A DNA stretch of 64,000 nt from Rhodosorus marinus CCMP1338. Taxonomy: Eukaryota; Plantae; Rhodophyta. This document shows, piece by piece, positions 58,766 to 64,000 of the stretch. Under the pieces are notes generated by a model, which was not told where the DNA came from, made no database searches, and worked only from the letters and a program-made list of their open reading frames with translations. Made by a program: the position numbers and the translations under genes. The DNA is taken from positions 2,046,001 to 2,110,000 of the forward strand of contig JAMWBK010000003.1 of NCBI GenBank assembly GCA_029953675.1, given 5' to 3'. The stretch's first letter is position 1, and each line of letters starts with the position of its first letter.

Positions 58766-59920
58766 ATGGAAGCTGTAGGATTTATATATGGATATAGTAA
58801 CGGCGGGGTAAGCCGCCGTGGCGGGAGTAGGGGTGGCGTGTGCTATGCTCGGAGGTTGGATGAATTGGAAGCCGGTGATTTGCTCGTTGGGGAGGTGAAG
58901 CAGTCTGGTGGGGCTAAATCTGCATGGGTTGATTGTGGGGTGGTTAGGAAAGGTAAGGGAGGTTCAGAGGTTCCTGTTAATGGGCGACTCCGAGCGAGTA
59001 AGGGTAAGGAGCCCGAGGCGATCGGTGAGAAGGTTGTTGTTTATGTGAAACGCGTGAAGCCGGGTAACGGAAGATTTGAGGTGGTGTTGAGCTCCCAGGT
59101 AAAGACCAGGAGGCAGGCGGACAGGAAATTAGAGGATTTAGAGGTAGGAGATGATATTTCAGGAGATATTGTACATCTGTTTCCCCGAGGCGCGTTGGTG
59201 GCTGTGCCCGTAGATCGTCTGGGAAAGAATGGGAAGCGAAAGCCAGTACTAGCACTACTGCGAAGGAGCGAGTTCCTGTCCGAATGGGCATCAGACATAG
59301 ACTACGTCCTAAAAGAAGGACAGAGGGTGCTCAAGGTTGGGGATTCCCTAGACCTCTATGTTGGCGAGGTTTTTCCAAGGAGTGCCCATCTACGACTGTG
59401 CGCTGAGAAGAAGACGGAGGAGCAGATTTCACAGCAGCGGATTCAGCGCATGAAGGACAAGAGAGCACGAAAAGCCAGACGTGCAGCTGCTACTCCAGTA
59501 ATCGGTAGCGAAAGGGATGGAATCGTTACGAAGCTTCTTAAATTTGGCGTGTTGGTGGACATAGGGTGGAAGAAACGCGCTCTCCTACACTGGAAAAGGA
59601 TGCCGGAGGATCTCAAGTACGAATGGCGAGACGAGCTACCCCGTGGAACCAAACTTAAAGTAAAAGTCGAATCAGTTAGGGACAACGACGATGTTGAACT
59701 TTCACTCTCTGTTGGCGAAGTCGAGATCGACGAACAGGCTGAAATGGTGTTCAGTCGACCAGAAGGTACGGAGGCTTCCTCCGAACCTCAGCCTACTTCA
59801 CAGACTGCGAGTTCTGAGACCGTTAATGAGGATGATCAGGAGGAATGGGTTGATGATGAGGATGATGACGAAGATGACGAATTCTTGTCAAATGACTACT
59901 TGGATGACAAGTATGGATAG
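58766..59920 (+). CDS. Multi-S1 RNA-binding domain protein, probably plastid-targeted, with acidic tail; intronless
   Basis: Three S1-like repeats (LEVGDDISGDIVHLFPRGALVAV; GIVTKLLKFGVLVDIGWKKRALLH; GTKLKVKVESV); transit-peptide-like MEAVGFIYG...RRGGSRGGVCYARR; D/E-rich C-terminus. Confidence 0.82.
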   Translation: MEAVGFIYGYSNGGVSRRGGSRGGVCYARRLDELEAGDLLVGEVKQSGGAKSAWVDCGVVRKGKGGSEVPVNGRLRASKGKEPEAIGEKVVVYVKRVKPGNGRFEVVLSSQVKTRRQADRKLEDLEVGDDISGDIVHLFPRGALVAVPVDRLGKNGKRKPVLALLRRSEFLSEWASDIDYVLKEGQRVLKVGDSLDLYVGEVFPRSAHLRLCAEKKTEEQISQQRIQRMKDKRARKARRAAATPVIGSERDGIVTKLLKFGVLVDIGWKKRALLHWKRMPEDLKYEWRDELPRGTKLKVKVESVRDNDDVELSLSVGEVEIDEQAEMVFSRPEGTEASSEPQPTSQTASSETVNEDDQEEWVDDEDDDEDDEFLSNDYLDDKYG

Positions 59921-61530
59921 AGAGCTTACTAACATTTTCTCTGGTCGCGAATCTAACTAGAATATGGTGTTGAACTTGCTTCCACACACCACCTGTAGTA
60001 GTCAACAGATGAAAAGAGATGAAGAGGGCTTCATTCGGTAATTAAAGCTCATCCGTCAAGTGCTATCTAATCTCTTTTCCCAGGGACTAGATTTCCTGTT
60101 TGTTGTGGCATGAACGACTGGAAGGGCAAACGCGATCGTCTGTTTCGTCGCCAGAGGGAAGCTCCCGAGCTTCGGTATCGACAGATTCAGATACGGCGGT
60201 CCAAGAGCCGCGAAAGGGAAAGCTGTCCCCTCAATGTTTTGCGGCGATCGCGCCGTCGAATACTCCTCTTCTCCGAGGAGATGAGCCGTTGTGAGCGGAA
60301 AAAGTACTACCCACGGATTAAGATAAGACTGCTGATTAAAACGGCAGCTTAATCGAAGTAGGTCTATCGTGCCTGAGCTGGACATCCGTCCACGGTCCGC
60401 TTTATGCACCTTGAGCAGAGAAGTTAGCTATAGGCTACGAGCTGATGAGCGATGCATAGAATTTTAGAGTACAGAACCCGTCTACCCAGCCGTACCTCGC
60501 CCTTTTACATGCATCTGGGACGCCTGCTGTCATAGGTTGCCAACGTGGTTTCTGGGACGGGAGAAATCAAGGAAAACTGGCACTCTAGAAGAGGAACTGA
60601 AACCGGTTAGATGCCGCTTTCGAAGGCATCTCTAGAAATAATGCTTCCGACACAGGAGGACGTCTTTTGCCTAACACCTGCTTCCGCCGTTTTTGTGCTC
60701 GTTCCATCTCGCATGTGCGCTTTTTCTTCTTCGCACTCTTGGAAACACCTACTCCCGAACTCACACAGTTCGGGAGCCAAGACACCTCTGCAGGAAAGGG
60801 CATCTAACCACTTTTAGTTCAGCTTCAAGAGATTCTCATGGAATTTTTAATCTTTTCGTATCAGAAAACTGTCCGATCGACCTTCTCCAAATCCGAAGTC
60901 AGCCTCCATCGAGGATGTGCCCACGACATTTAACAAACAAACCAAAACCCCCCCTTCAAAAAAAAAAAGTGGGACGTCCCAAAAACCAACCCTGAACTAT
61001 CCATAAGCCAAAGAAATCTCTGCGTTAGATAAACCAAACAACCCCTTCGCAAACACCAACTTTTATTATCAACAACAATCATTCAACCCCTGGTATCAGG
61101 TCTGATATTCCTCATTTACTTCCCGCCCACACTACCCCCCTTTACATTTCAAATTACTTATAATTACGCAATTTTATTCCTGATAACATATTGAAAGAAA
61201 GAGGAAAAATTCTACTTTCCGCATTCTTATTGTTCAAAAAGGGGGGTTAAATTACTCATACTTGACTGCTTCGCCATTTTTGAAGGAAGGGGGGTAAATG
61301 AAGTTTATTATATTTTTTCTTCGATCATGGAAATTCTGAGATTTTCTTTTAGGAAATTTTTTTTGGGGGGAAGAAGTTTGGATGTTTGAGGGAAAAAAAG
61401 GGTTTTTTAGTTAGTGGGTCTAGAGGGATTGAAGAGGATGAGTTTGGGTTTTCGAGGGGATGGGGAGAAGGGGAAGGGAGAGAATCGGGTTTGGGATTTT
61501 GCTGTGTGAAGAGGTTGGAATGGAGTTAAC

Positions 61531-64000
61531 ATGACTAGAGTTGGGTTTCTGGAGGGTTTTGGATTGGGTATAAATGTTTATGAGTCTGGAAGGAGAGGAG
61601 GGTTGGGAGTATGTAGGAGGTCTCGGCTGGTTTTGAGAGTGCGGAACCGGAATCTGGATGATGTTAGGCTGGATGAAAAGGAGGATGATGATGATGTACA
61701 GGAAGGATCTGGACTAGGGGACAGCGATGTTATTATTGTATCGAGAAGGGAGCTGCTTGCAGCTATCTTTGCCGCGTTCGGTTTCGCCTCGACTATTCTC
61801 GCTGCTCAGAGGTACAGCTCTATCCGGAGATGGTCTTTCTCAGCTTTCAGCGGTGTTTTAAGGGTAAGGGGATGGTCTCTTCCCGGAAAGCTTCCCCTCA
61901 AGTGGTGGGAAAACTGAATTTTTTGGATCCACATTTTTCGGCTTGAATTTCCAGGAGAGGTATCCGCCAACGTCCGGAAACTCTGTGGCTTTGGCGAGAT
62001 TCATGATGGAAGGGATCAAGAGCGGTCCAATCGCTAATCTGAAGAACTTGACGTGGATCAACGTCCAGCCTCCAAGGTAGGATAAGAGTTCACCCCCGGG
62101 ATCGCCCTGTTCATGGAAGTGCTTTGCTGGTACCATAGTGTGGGTGGAAACAAATCAAAAGGAAACTGAGTGGATATCTGAAAACGGTGTTTTGTTGTCG
62201 TAAAAATTGAAATCGCGCTCTGTCGAACTCGGCGCGAAAGGCTAAAGGATCGCCTCCTACTAGTACATCTATGGCGAATGAGCGACGTCCGGACGATGGA
62301 TGTAATGACGCGATTGGAGAAGGTGATATTTGGGATGAAAAAGGAGCTCAGCGGGGCTGTTGCAACTCTATCTGTTCACTGCGCAAAGTTCGACTCCGAG
62401 CGAATCCCTCCGTTCATTCAGGAAGCCGCGGAAGAAATGAGATGGCGACACAGCGTCGCGTCGGATACAGATCTCAGCTTGTGGAAAAGCATTGGCGCGG
62501 AGGTCTGGCCAACCGTTCTGATCCTATCACCAAACGACCACAGAGTTTTAGTCGCCCTCACAGGTATCGTAGCCAAATCTCCCCGCAACTCAGATTCATT
62601 GGCATTGCTTGAGACCGACGAAACCGCTGCCTATTGTCGTGCTTCCTCGTTTTCCAGGAGACATGATTGGAAGATTAGAAGAATGCCTCTACGCGTCTCT
62701 GAGCTTGTACAAAAAAGCGCAGCTCCAGACTTCCTCGTTTCCTCTTCCTAAAGTTATGAAACCCGGCATGACCTGGGATTCTCCTCTTCTGAGATATCCG
62801 AGCAGAATCGCTATGGATGCGAAAGGTGGTAAGGAGCTTCCCCGCGCAAGGTGTCACGCTGTCTGGTCAACGTTTATCTTCGGCCCTAGCTGGATAAGCG
62901 CGTGCCAACGTCGCCAAGGTCTTAGCCTTCTGCAGCTTGGAAATATTTGTGTATCAAGGGTTTCCTTGCTTCTTTCAGGTCCCCACAACTAGAGCCGATT
63001 CGTCGACACTTAGCTCCGCTTGGTTCTCTTCGCAGCTTTGCTGATCGATACGTGTGTTTTGTTGTGTTTTTTCGGTTGCACACAGGACGGTTGTTTATCT
63101 CGGATTCCGGCAACAGTAGGATTCTTGTAACGACGCTGGAGGGGAGATTTTTGATGCAGATCGGAGGCGCAGCCAGGACTGATCCAATGGACGCTGAGGT
63201 TGCTCAGCATGTTCTGTATTCTGAAGGGGAGAATGAGGGTTACCGAGACGGTTCCTTTCAGGATGCGCTCTTTAAAAACCCGCAGGTAAGCCTCGATACC
63301 TTGCACGGTTGTCTAGATGACCAACGGGGTCGAAAGTTTGTAGTGCAGATTTGTGCAAGAATCGGTATTTACTTAGTATTCTCTCGTTTCGCTGCGGACA
63401 GGGAATTGCTTTCAACGCTCTAAAGAATGAACTAGCGGTTGCGGACACTGGCAACAACTGTCTGCGGATAGCAAACCTTGAGGAACGATCGGTTCGATCC
63501 GTCAACTTTGTATCGTCGATTAAAGATGGTATGCGCGGGCAGACTACCTCCGAATTTGTTCATGTCTGCTACTGTGTTCACTGATCCTCATAGTTTATTT
63601 CTCTGATCGGAAGCTGGAGAAGTTGCAAAAGAACTAACAACAAAAAGAATGGCTTCCCCAAAACCGTGGGACGTAAGCGTATCGTCTGGAAATGTGTACA
63701 TTAGCTTAGCAGGCTCCAACACGGTACGTGAACTTTTAATCCCGGGCTGGTACGACGGCACCGCCGTGACCTCGTCTTGGACAAGGTTCAGAGCACCCAG
63801 AATCTTTGGTGCAGTCGATGAAAAGGCAAAGTTTCCTCAGTGCTTTCTTTTACTAACAGAGCTTGCTCTACTGAATTAGATATGGAGACTTGATCCCTTC
63901 GGAGATATGGTTCACTTCTGTGGGAGGACTGGAGTTGCGGGAAGAGTGGATGTTGAGAGTGGATACGGCGGGGTAAGCTCGTTGTGCTTACAAACTGGAA
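61531..64000 (+). CDS. SOQ1/NHLRC2-like thioredoxin-fold plus NHL-repeat protein (3' end outside window), multi-exon
   Basis: Transit-like N-terminus; SRRELL plus hydrophobic helix; LTWINV; LSVHCAKFDSER; LWKSIGAEVWPTVLILSP; PLLRYPSRIAMD; GRLFISDSGNSRILVTTLEGRFLMQIG; GYRDGSFQDALFKNPQ|GIAFNALKNELAVADTGNNCLR; SPKPWDV...VYISLAG. Confidence 0.9.

Overview
Eukaryotic, gene-dense DNA (~50% GC, short GT-AG introns). Plastid-transit-like N-termini, a BIG-type UBR4 and a SOQ1-like gene suggest a unicellular red alga (inference, not verified). Recognisable genes in order: NEMF/Rqc2 (+); a ~4,500-aa UBR4/BIG (-); two tandem HS3ST/NDST-type sulfotransferase paralogs (+), the second lacking its catalytic and PAPS-binding motifs; POLR3C/RPC3 (+); an IGHMBP2/UPF1-like SF1 helicase (-); a secreted Cys-rich orphan (-). 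A ~10 kb gene-poor, TE-derived interval follows, then a ZUP1/Mug105-like C78 peptidase (+), a Sulfotransfer_2-type sulfotransferase (-), histidinol dehydrogenase carrying an apparent frameshift (+), a membrane-anchored FkbM-like methyltransferase (-), a rearranged Ty3/gypsy gag-protease-RT remnant with a fold-back hairpin, a ~175-178 bp degenerate tandem array, DNAJC2/zuotin (+), an S1-domain protein (+), and a SOQ1-like Trx-NHL gene lacking the HAD domain and CxxC motif (+, runs off the window). Two copies of a hAT-like MITE family, an inverted decayed fragment of RPC3 and other repeats were also found. No rRNA, tRNA or CRISPR array was seen. All homology calls rest on by-eye motif recognition, and exon boundaries are hand-inferred.
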